A stretch of 64,000 nucleotides of DNA, from assembly GCF_009834535.1 (NCBI RefSeq), contig NC_045697.1, positions 39,496,001 through 39,560,000 of the forward strand, read 5' to 3'. Source of the stretch: Camelus ferus (lineage: Eukaryota). Of the stretch, positions 24,590 to 36,909 are shown in pieces. The position numbers were made by a program, and so were the translations under genes. Position 1 is the first letter of the stretch. Every line of letters begins with the position of its first letter. The notes under the pieces were generated by a model. That model had not been told where the DNA came from. It was given only the letters and a program-made list of their open reading frames with translations, and searched no databases.

Positions 24590-27265
24590 AACTTGCAATA
24601 AACACATCTCAAAACTGGTTGTGACTTTCTGGTTGAAAAAGGTATCCTCAAAGGATGAAACTAAAGAGAGAAGTTATTTGCCCCAACACACCTAACATAT
24701 AATGATGGAACAAGCATAGGATAACAGCTCTAGATGTTCTAGTTCAAACAGGAGGAAATGAAAGATTGTTTTAAAAATTCACTGGCTTATGATATTTCTG
24801 ATATCCAGCCCAGCAAATTCTGGGAATCTATTGACTAGGTTTCAAGATCTGGGAATACTGCTCCATGGTTTTCAACTTCACCCTCCTGGTTCTTGGCTCT
24901 GCCCTCTGAGTCATCCTTCATTTTTGATGAAAGTCAGCACATGTTTGCATTAAAATAAGGCAGAGGTCACTCTAGGTTGATAAAATGTTTGCAGCTTAGT
25001 AATTTTATCAGCCTGACTCCTGCCAATAGAATTTTGGAAATCTAGCAGCCTCCTTTCATTTTGTACCCTATCTGTCCCTTTCATTCCAACTTGGCAGTGT
25101 TTCTGCTGAAATAAATTTCTCAAAAACAGAAGTTTACGGTGGATTTCACTGGGATTCACTCCATTAGAAAAAAGACATATTCACAGATCTTTCCAAAATG
25201 ATCCTTTCTGTATTTCAAGTGCATGCTAAGATGACTGAGGGGCAATGCCTTTAAATTCCTAGAGGCCCTCTGGTTTGATTGAAAGGGTCTGTGAGATATA
25301 CCCTTAATCATCTGAAATTTTTCTAACAATAATCTGGACTTTTGAACTTACTGAGGCTTTAGCATAAGGTTATATGGTCACAGTCTCAACCTTTTCTGTC
25401 AAGGTGGCTTTCCCGGTGGTGAATCTGTTAGTTTCAGTGTCCTTTGCCATCTGTAGAGTCAACTTTAAAATCAAGTTCTATGTTACTATAAGTGGCAAGG
25501 AGAAACCAGGTGGTGCTTTCAAAACATTGCTTGGAAATTTCTTAGACTGTTTATACAACTTGTTGCTTACAAATGCTGTTTCCCACGTAACTGCATGATA
25601 CAATTTCACTAAACTTGCCAACAAAGCAAGGATCTCCCTTCCTCCGGTTTTCAATAACGTGTTTCTTGTTTTCTTCTGTTACTGGAGGCAATGGGTCCAT
25701 CACTTGAGGTGCTTAGCGAATGAACAGACCAAGTACTTTTGATTAAAGCAGAAACATTTATTACTTGTGACAAGTAAGGAGACGGGGAGATAGCTCTCAA
25801 AACACTGTCTCCCTGAACAGCAAGATCAGGGAAGTTTTAAGCTATGGGGTGCATGCATGTTCATAAAAGGGTGAGTGTGATCCTCCATGGAGAGGTGGAG
25901 TTGTAGATGCGCTTACACAGTCGTCAACATACTCAAACATAAGTTGCTTGTTCAAAAATGGTGGCAGAATGCACCCTTGGAGTAGAGATTTTAGCATTAA
26001 AATAAGGCAGAGGTCACTCTAGGTTGATAAAATCCAGGCACCTAGTTGAGTGAAGTCATGAGAGCCAGCAAGGGTCAGCATCATCATTCCTTAGACTCCA
26101 GTTAATCTGGTGGCTGATTGCTTAAGGGGATTTGGATCCTGCAGAACAGCTCAGGAATGTGCTTCAGGCTGATTTTTACCTTTGAAACCCAACTGGGAGT
26201 CTTATGACTGATTTATTGTCTTTGCTGTGGTTACTTCTACTGCCTGATGACAGTCATTTGTTCCTGCATTCTTTATTCTATTTAAAATCATTATTTACTG
26301 AGACCTATTGTTTATTTTCACATGAAGACCTAGGAGGCCATAATTCATCTTTCCCCCAGTCATCAGTACAGGGAACATGAAAGGGTTTTGAAATTCACGC
26401 TGTGGGGCTCAGCCTGAGTTTGTCCAGCATGCCTTACAGCTTCCCTCATTGCCTGTTATTTTACTTCTGTAAGATGTAACATACTCTCCTTTGACCCTAT
26501 CGCTTTCTTACTAAAGTCTGGCTGACAATTCTAAACTCTCACCAGCAGTGTCCTTAAAAGTCCAGATTTCTCCTAATAATCTGCTGAAGGCATTTTAGGC
26601 TTTCTCTGTCATGCTACCCAGATTCTTCCAGTCTCCTCTCACCATCCAGTTCCAAAGCCACTCCCCCATTTTAGATACCTGTTACAGCAGCAACCCACTT
26701 CCAAGTACCAAACTCAGTATTAGTTTTTGATTGTTGTGTAACAGATCACCACAAATTTAGTTGCTTAAAACAATAAAAATTTGCTGTCTCACACTTTCCG
26801 TAGCTTAGATGTCCAGGCACAACTTAGCTGGGTCCCCTGCTTTTAGTTTCACAAAGCTGAAATCAGATTATCAGCTGAGCTTTCATAAAGAGGCTCTAGT
26901 TTGGGAGAGAATCTGCTTTCAAGCTCATTAGAACTGTTGATAGACTCACTTATTGCAGCAGCATGATGAGGACCCTGGCTTCTTACTGGCTGTGAGCTAG
27001 AGGCCGCAGGTCCACATCAGTCCCCTGCCATGTGGCTCTCTCACAGGCCCTCTCTGACTGAGGCAGCTTATTTCTTTAAGGCTAGCAGCAGAATCCTCAC
27101 TCCAGTCTGCTAAGATCGAGTCTTACACAATGTAACATAGTCATGGGAGCGGCATCACAGAACCTTTCCCATATTCTCTTGATCAGACACAAGTCACAGT
27201 TTCTGCGTACACCCGAAGGGAAGTACAAGAGTGTGAGTCATTGGGAGTCACCTTAGGGTATGTAC
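24590..27265 (-). mobile_element. MaLR provirus remnant: MLT1 internal region (~24590-26715) plus LTR (~26716-27265)
   Basis: Internal motifs 'aatgatggaacaagcataggataac', 'ccagttccaaagccac..acagcagcaacccacttcc..gtaccaa' followed by LTR end 'gtattagttt..tgtaacagatcaccacaaatttagttgcttaaaacaa'. Confidence 0.75.
25677..26527 (-). mobile_element. ERV1-type solo LTR (MER41-like) inserted in the MaLR internal region
   Basis: TG...CA termini, 4-bp TSD CTTC/ATTC (one mismatch), reverse-strand polyA signal (tttatt ~25757); resembles laurasiatherian MER41-like LTRs from memory. Confidence 0.65.
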
Positions 27266-27276
27266 CCCAAAGATGG

Positions 27277-27762
27277 TGTAGTAGGCTGAGAAATGTACCC
27301 CAAAGATATCAGGTGATAGTCCTTGGAAACTGGAAATGTTACCTTATTTGGGGAAAAGAAGAGGATTTGCAGTTGTAATTAAGATAGAGATCTTCAGACA
27401 AAGGGATTATCCTGGATTCTCTGGGTGGGCACTAAATGCAATCACATGTATCCTCATAAGAAACGGGTGGAGGGAGCTTGGACATGGGCAGCAGAGAGAA
27501 GGCCACATGAAGATGGAGTAGAGAGAAATTTGAAGATGTTGGCCTTGACTGTAGTTGAAAGTGATGTAGCCACAGCAAGGAATGCTGCCAGCCAGATTGT
27601 CCCCCTTGAGTCTCTGTAGAGCATATGGCCCTGCTCATGCTTGAATTTCTGTCCAGTGATACCAGTGTTACTCTTCTGACTTCCAGAACTGTGAGGGAAT
27701 AATTGTTTCAAGCCACCCAGTTTGCCATAGTTTTGTTGCAGCAGCCATAGGAAACTAATACT
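27277..27762 (+). mobile_element. MaLR solo LTR (MLT1B/C-like)
   Basis: TGTAGTAGGCTG..ccccaaagatatc..gttaccttatttgg..ggattatcctggatt..gcagccataggaaactaatac; 5-bp TSD GATGG/GATGA. Confidence 0.85.
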
Positions 27763-28669
27763 GATGAGTATTAATTAATACTTCAGTGCTACTTTTTAAA
27801 GTAGCATTTAAACATTTCCTGTTACTCAGTGAGGTTAAGTATCTTTTCATAAGATTCTTAACTGTCCAGGTGTTTTCTTCTATGAATTTTTCAATTTGTC
27901 TTCCTTTTCCATTTTTAAAAAATTATTCACTTTCTTATTGATTAGTAAGAATTCTTTAGATAGTCTGATTACTAATCCTATGTCAGTTGTCCATGTTACT
28001 GAAGAGATATTTCTCTTCTTCCAGTCTGTTGCTTGTTTCTCTACCTTATATATGGTGTCTTCAGCATTCAAAAGCTTTTTATACCTCTTTTTAAGATTAC
28101 GGAACATTTTAAACATACCCAAAAGAAGAGAGAATAGTATAATAAATCTTCCACGTACACATCACTCAGCTTCAACAATTATCAGCATTTTCCCCAGAGG
28201 TTTTCATCTTTTCCTTTAAGTTTTGTACCTTTCATGCAGCATCTAAGAAATCCTTAAATAAAGACTGTGCTGCTATTATTTGTGTGGCTGAGTATTTCTG
28301 TCCTGATAAAACACTAATTCTTTTTGTCATAACATTTATTCTTTCTTGCTTTTAAATTTTTATAAATGTGTATATATATGTAGCAGTTTCTAAGGTATAC
28401 AAAGTATTAATGCACCCATGTTAACCTATACCTTCTTCCTGGAACAAAGTGTACTTTTCTTATTCAGCACAAGCTATTCAGATCTTGGGAATTTTCTAAT
28501 TGTCCCAGCAGCATTCTCTGTGTCAGTATAGAGCTTATGGGACATCTCATATGTCCTCATAAGAAGACTGATCGATCATTCAGGAAATGTCAAAAGTATA
28601 AGCCCAAGTCAGCTGTGCTGGCATTTTGTTTTTACAAAGTAATTCTCTTAATATTTTCCTTCTTTCTAG

Positions 28670-28823
28670 TGTGCCACCTGGGCTTGAAGGCATGAAAGAA
28701 CAAGACCTTTGCAACAAGATAATGGCTAAAATACTAGAAAATTATAATACCCTGTTTGAAGTAGAGTATATGGAAAATGATAACCAGAGGTGTGAAAACC
28801 TGGCGAGGCTTATCATGGTAAAA
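28670..28823 (+). CDS. FAM13A: FAM13A internal coding exon (154 nt, C-terminal part of RhoGAP region; probably human exon 5 equivalent)
   Basis: Pyrimidine tract + AG (28668-28669); phase-2 entry T then VPPGLEGMKEQDLCNKIMAKILENYNTLFEVEYMENDNQRCENLARLIMVK; donor AAA|GTAAGT at 28824. Peptide recognised as FAM13A (human, from memory: ...HVPPGLEGMKEQDLCNKIMAKILENYNTLFEVEYTENDHLRCENLARLIIVK). Confidence 0.95.
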
Positions 28824-31465
28824 GTAAGTAACTTCGGTATTTAATTTTCAATATTGCTGTATCCTGAATGGAAGATATTTTATTTAAATGATTTTTATTT
28901 AAAAATTCTGTGTGGATATAACTTCAGATTATTAGTTCTGTTTGTTGAATTCTTTTTATGAAATCTACTCTCTGTATCAAGTGTTTGTTAAAGTGATATA
29001 TATTCTAAGACTGGGGAATGATTGTGAATTGATATTTCCTTGGCTGCTGTAGACTCATCTCAAAAGCACTTACGTGAACCCAGTGCTGTGGTCAGTTGGG
29101 CGTACCACCTTTTATGGAAGCCTGGTGTTACAGCCGGGATACATGCTTAAGTCTGTGTCCAGGAGTGCTAGCTTACTGAGTAGACTACAGATTCCTGAAG
29201 ACAGCATGACCATGTCTAGTGGTCTCTCTTGTGTCTGGCACACTTCAAGTTCAACCTCGGATTGTATGTCCCATATATGTGGTCCTTGGTAACTATCACC
29301 TGTAAAGGAGAGTATTTTTAAAACCTGTAAAGGAACCAATAACATATACTATCTAAATCTTTTTGTACATTGACTAATAATTTATAACATATTTTTTACA
29401 CAGTAGGTAAGTGTGTGTAGGTCTCTAAAGATTTACCGTTGAGAGTCAGAGGATGAACATCCAAACCAGATCCTTCAGATATGGGTCGAGAGGGAGGTCA
29501 TCTTATTTATTTCCCATTTATATTGAGGTAAATCTTGATATGGAACTGATATGAGAGGTACCCTCAGGAGGTTTCCTGAGACTTATCATATTTACAGACC
29601 ACACTGTGTTCTTGTTGACTTATATGGCAATGAGTGATAAAAACCAGAGGCACTTGGTTTGGGCCTTGAAGGCGTGTTTTTGTTTCTTCCAGCTGAGGTG
29701 TGAATTTGAAGAAATGAAAGTTAAGGGGAATCATGTAGGACCCAACCAAAATGAGGTTTTCTTAACTAGGGCTTATATGTGAATACGAGAGACTCCCTGT
29801 AATGGATGGAGTACTTCTGAGAGAAATGCATTTAACAGGAATCTTGCCAACCTGATAAAGAGCCCTTTAAACTGAAATTTGATGGAAGGGAAGAAAAGTG
29901 CTCAGATAAAATGATAAAATGAGCTACTTTGGAGAGTGTCAAATGTGGCCTAAGGTTGAGGTAACATGGTAGCTGAGAAAATGTCAGGAAAAAAAAAAAC
30001 AAAAACAAAAACACCAACAGCCTTGTATCAGTTTTGCCACAAAGCATTTAAATAATTTTTAAATAGAAAAAAAAATCTACCTTAAATGTGTTTCTCTGGT
30101 TCCTATAGTACTTTGCAGACAGTCTCTTTTTAAAATATTAAAAATTGATTGACTTTGTCTCAGCTACGTATCTCTGATAAACACTTTTTAACACACATAC
30201 GTTTTAGCTAGGGCTGATAAGATAATAAGGTAAACCTAAAATAGAATTAAAATAGAGAAATATGATCTCCTAGGCAAAACTAACTTGCTGAGATAACAGA
30301 TAATCACTAGAATACACCGAGGGAAGCTCACATGCTGTGTAAATGAAATAACACCTGTTGAGATCTTTGGAAGAGTGCCCTGCTTGGAAGTCCTTGAGCT
30401 GCTAGGTTTAAGCATGGTGGGGAACATCCTGTGAGTACAAGATACACAAACCGATAATACTGTGGGAGCCAAATGCAGATCTCTTAGGTAGATGAATATG
30501 ACTCCCTGCTAATGCAAGTTTCAGATCTGGCCTAGAGGCAGATAAATGCCATAACTGGAAACTCCATGTCTATACTCTGAAGCATCATTCTGCTAAAGCA
30601 GAATATTTAATGCATTTCTTACTGACCCTGCTGATAGTCTTCTCTCTGTGACGGTAAACGATGCAACAAGGCAGTGTGATTTTCTAGACTTAATTATAGC
30701 CAATGAGGATGGACTGGAAGTTACGGAAATTAGTTGAACTGGGCTATGCCAGCGTCACTTGGGAGTCCATGATAAGAATGTGCTTGCCGCTATTAGATAT
30801 GTAAACCTGCATATGGTTTAGAAAGCAGTTTTGTTTTTTAGGTTTTTTTTTTTTTTGATTCCTAAGATAATAGAAACATTAGATATAAGCCAAAGGAAGC
30901 TGAATTAAAAAGGTATTGGGAAGCTCACAACGATATCATTAACATACTGAAAAACAGGAAAAAATGGAACGGCAACTTAAAAAATAAAGTATCATTCTCA
31001 TGAGCTCAGCTTTTAGAAGGAAGTACACAGAAAGAGGAAATAGGCACAGAACAGGTGGTAAATACACTAGAGTGACAGAGACATGAAATATCTGAGCTGA
31101 GAATAAGTGAAGGCTCATGAAAAGGACTGAGCCGGAGGAAAGGCGGAAAGTACTAAACATATCCAGTGACACACTTCTGTGTAAACAAAGTGGTGGGTGA
31201 CGTTCTCGTGTATCTTTGTGGGATCAATGAAAGTTTGAGGCCCAGACAAATGTAAATTTGGTTTTATTTGGACCTGGGTGAAGAACTTTGATCAGAGTGT
31301 TGGAATGTATTACTGTTCACGTCAGGGAAGGTCATTTGTCTGTGTCATTTGCAGTATTTTAATCATTGACTTGCTCGAGTGCATACTTAGCACTTCTGCA
31401 AGTGAAATAAAGCTGGAAGAATAGGTCAGATACTGGATGGCTGAATCCGTAGACCAACAGAATGG

Positions 31466-31467
<2 letters not shown>

Positions 31468-31515
<48 letters not shown>
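31468..31515. repeat. (GT)24 microsatellite
   Basis: Perfect dinucleotide run read directly. Confidence 0.97.
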
Positions 31516-31517
<2 letters not shown>

Positions 31518-31524
31518 ACATACG

Positions 31525-32335
31525 GATCTCTCCCTACTCTTCCTTGCTTTAAAACAAAAAAAAGCAAAACACCTGTTTTAGTTGGGCCTGTAGTAATGTG
31601 CTGAGGTCAGACGGGCCCTTCCCTCAGCCCTGACAGGTAAATGAATCATGAAAATGGTCTATAATGGTATCCTCTTGAGTTAGTGATTGACTTAAAGGTC
31701 CCCAGTGACACAGTTTGGACCAGAGAGATGTAAGGGGAGGTGTGCTGTGGGCAGAGGGCTCTGGGGAAATATTTTCATCCCTAATTACAGAAAAGAGAAT
31801 GATTTAAGAGATCAGAGCTGTGGTTGTCTGTGGGTAGAGTTGGGAGTGGCGGCAGTGATGATGATTGACTAGGAAAGTACCCGAGGGAGCCCTCATGGGT
31901 AATGAAAATGTTCTCAATAAGGAAGTGGGTTTTATGGGTGTATGCATTTGTCAAAACTCATTTAACTGTACACCTAAGATTTATGCATTTTTACTATATA
32001 TAAATTTTTTTTAACTTTAATTAAAAAAAGGAAAATAGTAGTCCTCTGTGTCAAGATGCCCCATCTCCCATCCTGCTTTCAGATGTCCTTGTGTGAAGGC
32101 AGGATGCATGGCACTGCTGCCACCACCTTTTGCCCTTGATGAGTGTACCAGCGACACACTGGGGTTGGCAGCTAAAGGCGGAAAAAGCCTCAGTTCCTCA
32201 TCATCGCTCCTCTGCTGAACCAACCCTGAACACACATAACCTCTGGACTTTTAGTTACATGGGGGGAATAAACGTCCCCATAGGACAAACTGCTTTTAGT
32301 TCAGTATTCTGTTTCTTGCAACAAAAGCATCAAAT
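31525..32335 (+). mobile_element. Old ERVL-class LTR (LTR33/LTR16-like) split by an L1 3' end (~31790-32030)
   Basis: 'gagatgtaaggggaggtgtgctg..ctctgggga', end 'ttctgtttcttgcaacaaaagcatc'; inner L1 motif 'gcatttgtcaaaactcatttaactgtacacctaagatttatgcattt'. Confidence 0.55.
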
Positions 32336-32430
32336 GTGATGTAATTAGTATAGTAGGAAAGTCCTATACTTAGGTTCATAGATAAGAGGAGACCAAAATT
32401 AGTGACAGTTCAATTGATAATCATGCATGG

Positions 32431-32590
32431 CACAGGGAACCACATTCAGTATCTTGTAGTAACTTACGGTGAAGAAGAATATGAAAACTAATATATGTAT
32501 GTTCCTATATGACTGAAGTATTGTGCTGTACACCAGAAATGGACACATTGTAAACTGACTATACTTCAATAAAAATATATTTTAAAAAGG
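32431..32590 (+). mobile_element. Lineage-specific L1 3' tip
   Basis: 'cacagggaac..tgtgctgtacaccagaaat..ttgtaaactgactatacttcaataaaa', same family as 5806 and 46020 copies. Confidence 0.85.
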
Positions 32591-33930
32591 AAAGAAAATT
32601 ATACATGGATTTTAGTTAACTTCTAGCACAATATGAGATGTCAGTGTGATGTGATCACCAAAAAGACAAACCCCACAGATTCATGCACTGAGTATAGCAA
32701 TAATCAAATAAAGAATGTATGTCTCTCTGCACTTGGTGTAGATCAGGCAGTAGCTGTAGTATTAGATCTGATTCTGAGTCCCACATTCACTCTCCTGACA
32801 ATCACTGCTGATCACCATTTACTCTCGCTAAGTATGTGTTTGCCTGGGTGACTGTCTTTTACTTCAGTTACCCTACTGCTGACAACTAAATTGTAGCTCT
32901 AGCCTCAGCCTATCAGAAGAGCCATAGAGCCATATTTTCACTACCCATAAAAAACCATGGGGCACCTCAAATTTCTCCTACCCACAACATCACCTCCAAA
33001 ACTTTGTGTTCTGCCCTCTCCAAACTCAGTTTACCAGCCACCAGCCTGCCACGCTGGAAGCCTTCATCTGCCCCGGACTCCTCCTCCTCCTCTGTCGTTC
33101 CTGCTGTGACTCATACTCTCTCTTGAAGTGGGTGTCTTGTGTCCACCCCCACCACTGCTTTAGACGAGGCCTTTATCATAGCCACACAATTTCAGACTCT
33201 TCTCCCACCTCTAGACTCACCCTGTCCCCATCTCTTTTCTACCAGTGATGGAATGATGTTCCCCCGAACAAACCTGATCATAACGTAGTCCTGACTTAAG
33301 TAAAGAAACCCTTAGCGGTCATTGTGTGGCCTCCCCCTGTCCCCACTTCCATTTGCTGATAATATACAATCAAGACTTCTTTACTTGGAATTTAGGCCCC
33401 TTATACTCTGTCCCCAAACCCAGCTCTCCCCATTAAATGCTTGAATGCACATTGAATAGTTCTTCCCTTCCTATTTCTCTGGCCTGTCTTCCATCTTCTT
33501 TGAGGACCCTTCCTTCTCAGTCAGAATTACACAGTGTTATTAAGTGGGCTCATTCTTGGGCCTTCAGTCCACAGCTCTCCCTGGCAAACCTACATCTATG
33601 TCTAACTGCCTAGTGCTCACCTGTGCCTGTGTGTTCCGTGGACTGTCTCATCATCTTTCCTTTCCCCTGAAGATCCGAATGCTTCATCTGAGTTCATTGA
33701 GGTTTAGCAAATTGCCCATCTGTCCACACAGTCACTCCAGGTTGATGTCCATCCATCACTAAAACCTGTTAATTCTACTGCTTGTGTGTCTCATCCATCT
33801 CTCCTGCCCTCACTGGTGCTTCCTCAGTGCCTCTCATCTAGGCAGGAGAATTCTACTCCTGGCTCATTATCACATTCACCTGGTGACCCAGACTGAATCA
33901 GAAAACTCATGGCAGGCCTTCAAAACGTGG

Positions 33931-34225
33931 TTTTTTTTGTTTTTTTTTTTAATTGAAGTATAGTTGATTTACAATGTTGTGTTAGTTTCTGGTGTACAGC
34001 ATAGTGATTATCATACTAAGTGAAGTAAGTCAGACAGAAAGACAAATATATATCACTTAAATGTTGAATCTAAAAAATGACACAAGTGGACAGACACAGA
34101 GAACAAACTTATGGTCATCAGAGGGGAAGGAGGGAGGAAGGGATAAATTAGGAGCTTGGGATTAGCAGATACACACTACTCCATACAGAAGAGATCAACA
34201 ACAAGGCCCGGCTGTATAGCACAAG
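33931..34225 (-). mobile_element. 5'-inverted L1 3' fragment inside a MER5-like hAT element
   Basis: Minus-strand tail 33931-34009 joined to plus-strand upstream 3'UTR 34006-34225; flanks resemble MER5 (actgaatcagaaa... / tgtgttttaaag..cagccaaacttggaaac). Confidence 0.8.
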
Positions 34226-35189
34226 ACCTGTGTTTTAAAGGGCTTCCTTGGCAGTTTTAAGGATCAGCCAAACTTGGAAACTAGCCAATCTGTGGGAGAC
34301 TGCTGCAGTAGCCTTTCACTGGTTTCCCCGACTCTGCTCTGCCCCTTGGCACCATTTTCCCTCTTGTGCTGCTTAAGTTACTTTCCATCATGCAAATATA
34401 AAAATACTACTTCCCATATCAGAATTCTTCACTGGTTCCTCTTCACCTATCCCTACTTTATGCATTGAAATCTCAGCCTGACATACAATGCTTTTCATGA
34501 TTTGAAACCACCCTGGCTATTCACACATCCTTCCTACCACTCCTGCCCGTACATGTTGTGTGCCAGCAGTCACTGATGGATGAAACTGGAGAGACCATGT
34601 CATTCAGGCCTCATGCCTATCAAGCTGATGAGCACAGTGCCTGGCATTGAAAATCCCTTGATCAGTGGCTGGACTCATTATATTACATTATTTTTACTGA
34701 AAATAATGTCTATGATCATAATTTCTACATATTATGAAAGAAATAAGAATGAATGTCTTCAAGTTAATTGAATGAAACTGGGAAACATGACAGTTCACTG
34801 AATATTTCATGACTGCCACCATATCCAAGAGAAGGTATTAGAAGCTTCTAAAGCCTTCTGCTTTTCTGGAAAAAGCACTGACTTTAGATTCAGAAGGCTT
34901 ATATCTGTAACCTAGGTACTCAGCAATGTGACTGGGTAATTTATAATATCTGTGTTCCTCTTCCTTGCTGTACAGAATGGTGAAAATCCTATAGATATTT
35001 TTTTGTGGAATTTAAACCATTAATGCTTGTGAAAGTATTTTCAAGGCCAGTTAAGTGTTACAGAATACATGTAAAGTATCGCATTGGGGTTGGGGGAAGC
35101 TTGGAGATAATACAGGATGAAGAGTAACTGATGAAGCCATTGGCCTACTTTGAAACGGGGTGGTCAGAGATATTTCAGTAGATACATTA

Positions 35190-35400
35190 ATAAGCTTAGA
35201 GCATAGAGTTAAGAATTCCAGTTCTGGAATCAGATTGACTTAGAACTTACAATTTGTGTGACTCTGGGCAAATTGCTCAGTCTCTGCTTCAACCTTGGTT
35301 TCCTCATCTGTAAAGTAGGAAAAATATCTGTAACTAATTTGGCTGTTGTTTGTTATAATTAAATTAGGTAATCATAGCAAGTTTTCAATAAGTTTTAGCT
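35190..35400 (+). repeat. MIR SINE
   Basis: 'gcatagagttaagaa..ctggaatcagatt..tgtgtgactctgggcaaattgct..gtttcctcatctgtaaa'. Confidence 0.75.
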
Positions 35401-36909
35401 TTAAAATAAAGATATTGGGGTCATACCAACTTTATGATATGACCTTTCTTCACTTTACCTTAAAGGAAATCAGACTTGATAATAGAAGGAAGACAGAGTC
35501 TAAAGGAGAAAAATACAGTTGTTGATCAGATGTGTTACTCATGACAGAAGTTACTTCTTCTAGACATTTCTTACTATTCAGTATTCTCGTTTTCTCAGTA
35601 TGGTTAAATTATCCTTTTGTCTTTGGAAAGCAAGAATCTGATTGCATTCTTGATGAACTAAAGAGTGTATTTTAGTATTTAGTGTATCTATCCAGATCTG
35701 CTTTTTAAAAATGAATTATTTAATAAACCATAAAACTCTTTTAAGTGGGAGTTTTATGTAAGAATCGGATATTAAGTGGCTCTGAAAAGTGACTGGGATT
35801 TCAACAAGGTGGTAGGGAGAGGGAGGTAGGTAGGTGAGGAACAGAAAACTTTCTTGGTAGGAAGGGATGCTAAAGGACATGGAGTGTTCATGTAGTGGTG
35901 ACCAGACATTTCTGGCTAGACCACAGGAAGTAGCAGGAGAAAGCTAGAGATTAGAGTCAAATAAATGTGGAGTTTAACGAGGTAGTTAAAACTTATAGGA
36001 ATGGGAGAATGATGAAAGGTTTTAAGAACAGGATGGATTTGGTTTAAGCTGTAATTTAGATTTTTTTACTTTATCCCTTTTGAGCAGGAAGTTAACGTGA
36101 CTCAGTGAAGCATTTTTATAACAGGCAGTCAGGGCAGTAGTTGGATATCTATTTCTCCTCAACTGACTGTGGTCAGAGCTGCAAAACTGGCTTCTGCAGC
36201 GTGTTCATCAGCCTCCCTTCCACACAGGCTTCCTCTACCAGGTGGCCAAGGCAAAGATAAGGGAAAAGGTCTGCCTGCATGCCTCCTTCTTCACCTCTAT
36301 TTTCCCCACCATTCTGCAGGAGTGAACCTCAGGTCCTACAAGGTTTTTCCAGATTTTGCAATGGTTTGGCCATGTCCACCAGATCTAGTTACTTCAATCA
36401 AAGGAATTTTGGGTAGTCCTCGTAAGACTGTGACATTTGGAGAAAATCTGTAGTCTGCTGGAGGTCTGAGACTGTATATGTTGGCTGTTGGCCTTTTGTT
36501 CCACATTTTGTTGAGTTTAACAGGTAGTATTCATAGTTGTTTGTCTACAGTTATGGCCGGTTTCTTAAGGTGAAGCTTTCTTTTCTCTTTTTCATTATTT
36601 TTGTTTGTTGTAGGTTTCAGTGAGGAGCGTAAGTAGAAGTGCCTTTATTTTGCCAAACTGGAAGGCCAAAGCTCTATGTCTGAGTAACTGGGCTAAGAGA
36701 ATCACATCTTTCAAGTAGGCGTATAATAGCCATAGTTTAATTTCTCCAGCTTCAGACTAATTTTAGAGTTGCTTTCATAAGATGATTTAATCCCACTTTA
36801 GTGAAGCTTTTCCCTTATATGCACTCAAGAATTAACTTAATCACCTAGATATTTATATACACAATTTGGTGGCAGAAATATGGTTGAAATAATGGATTAT
36901 CAAATGTTC

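Larger units (their letters stand above)
12960..24590 (-). mobile_element. Long degenerate L1MB-like element (3'UTR, ORF2, EN, ORF1 part) interrupted by at least five younger insertions
   Basis: Colinear L1 pieces: 3'UTR ~12960-13400, ORF2 ~13630-15160 and 15820-17200, EN ~20966-21600 (KGWKKIFHA, VVILISD), ORF1-like ~24000-24590 (NIQEAQR). Confidence 0.8.

Noticed and set aside
28626..28844. 72-aa ORF as a standalone gene
   Set aside because: It is the FAM13A exon read through its flanking intron sequence.
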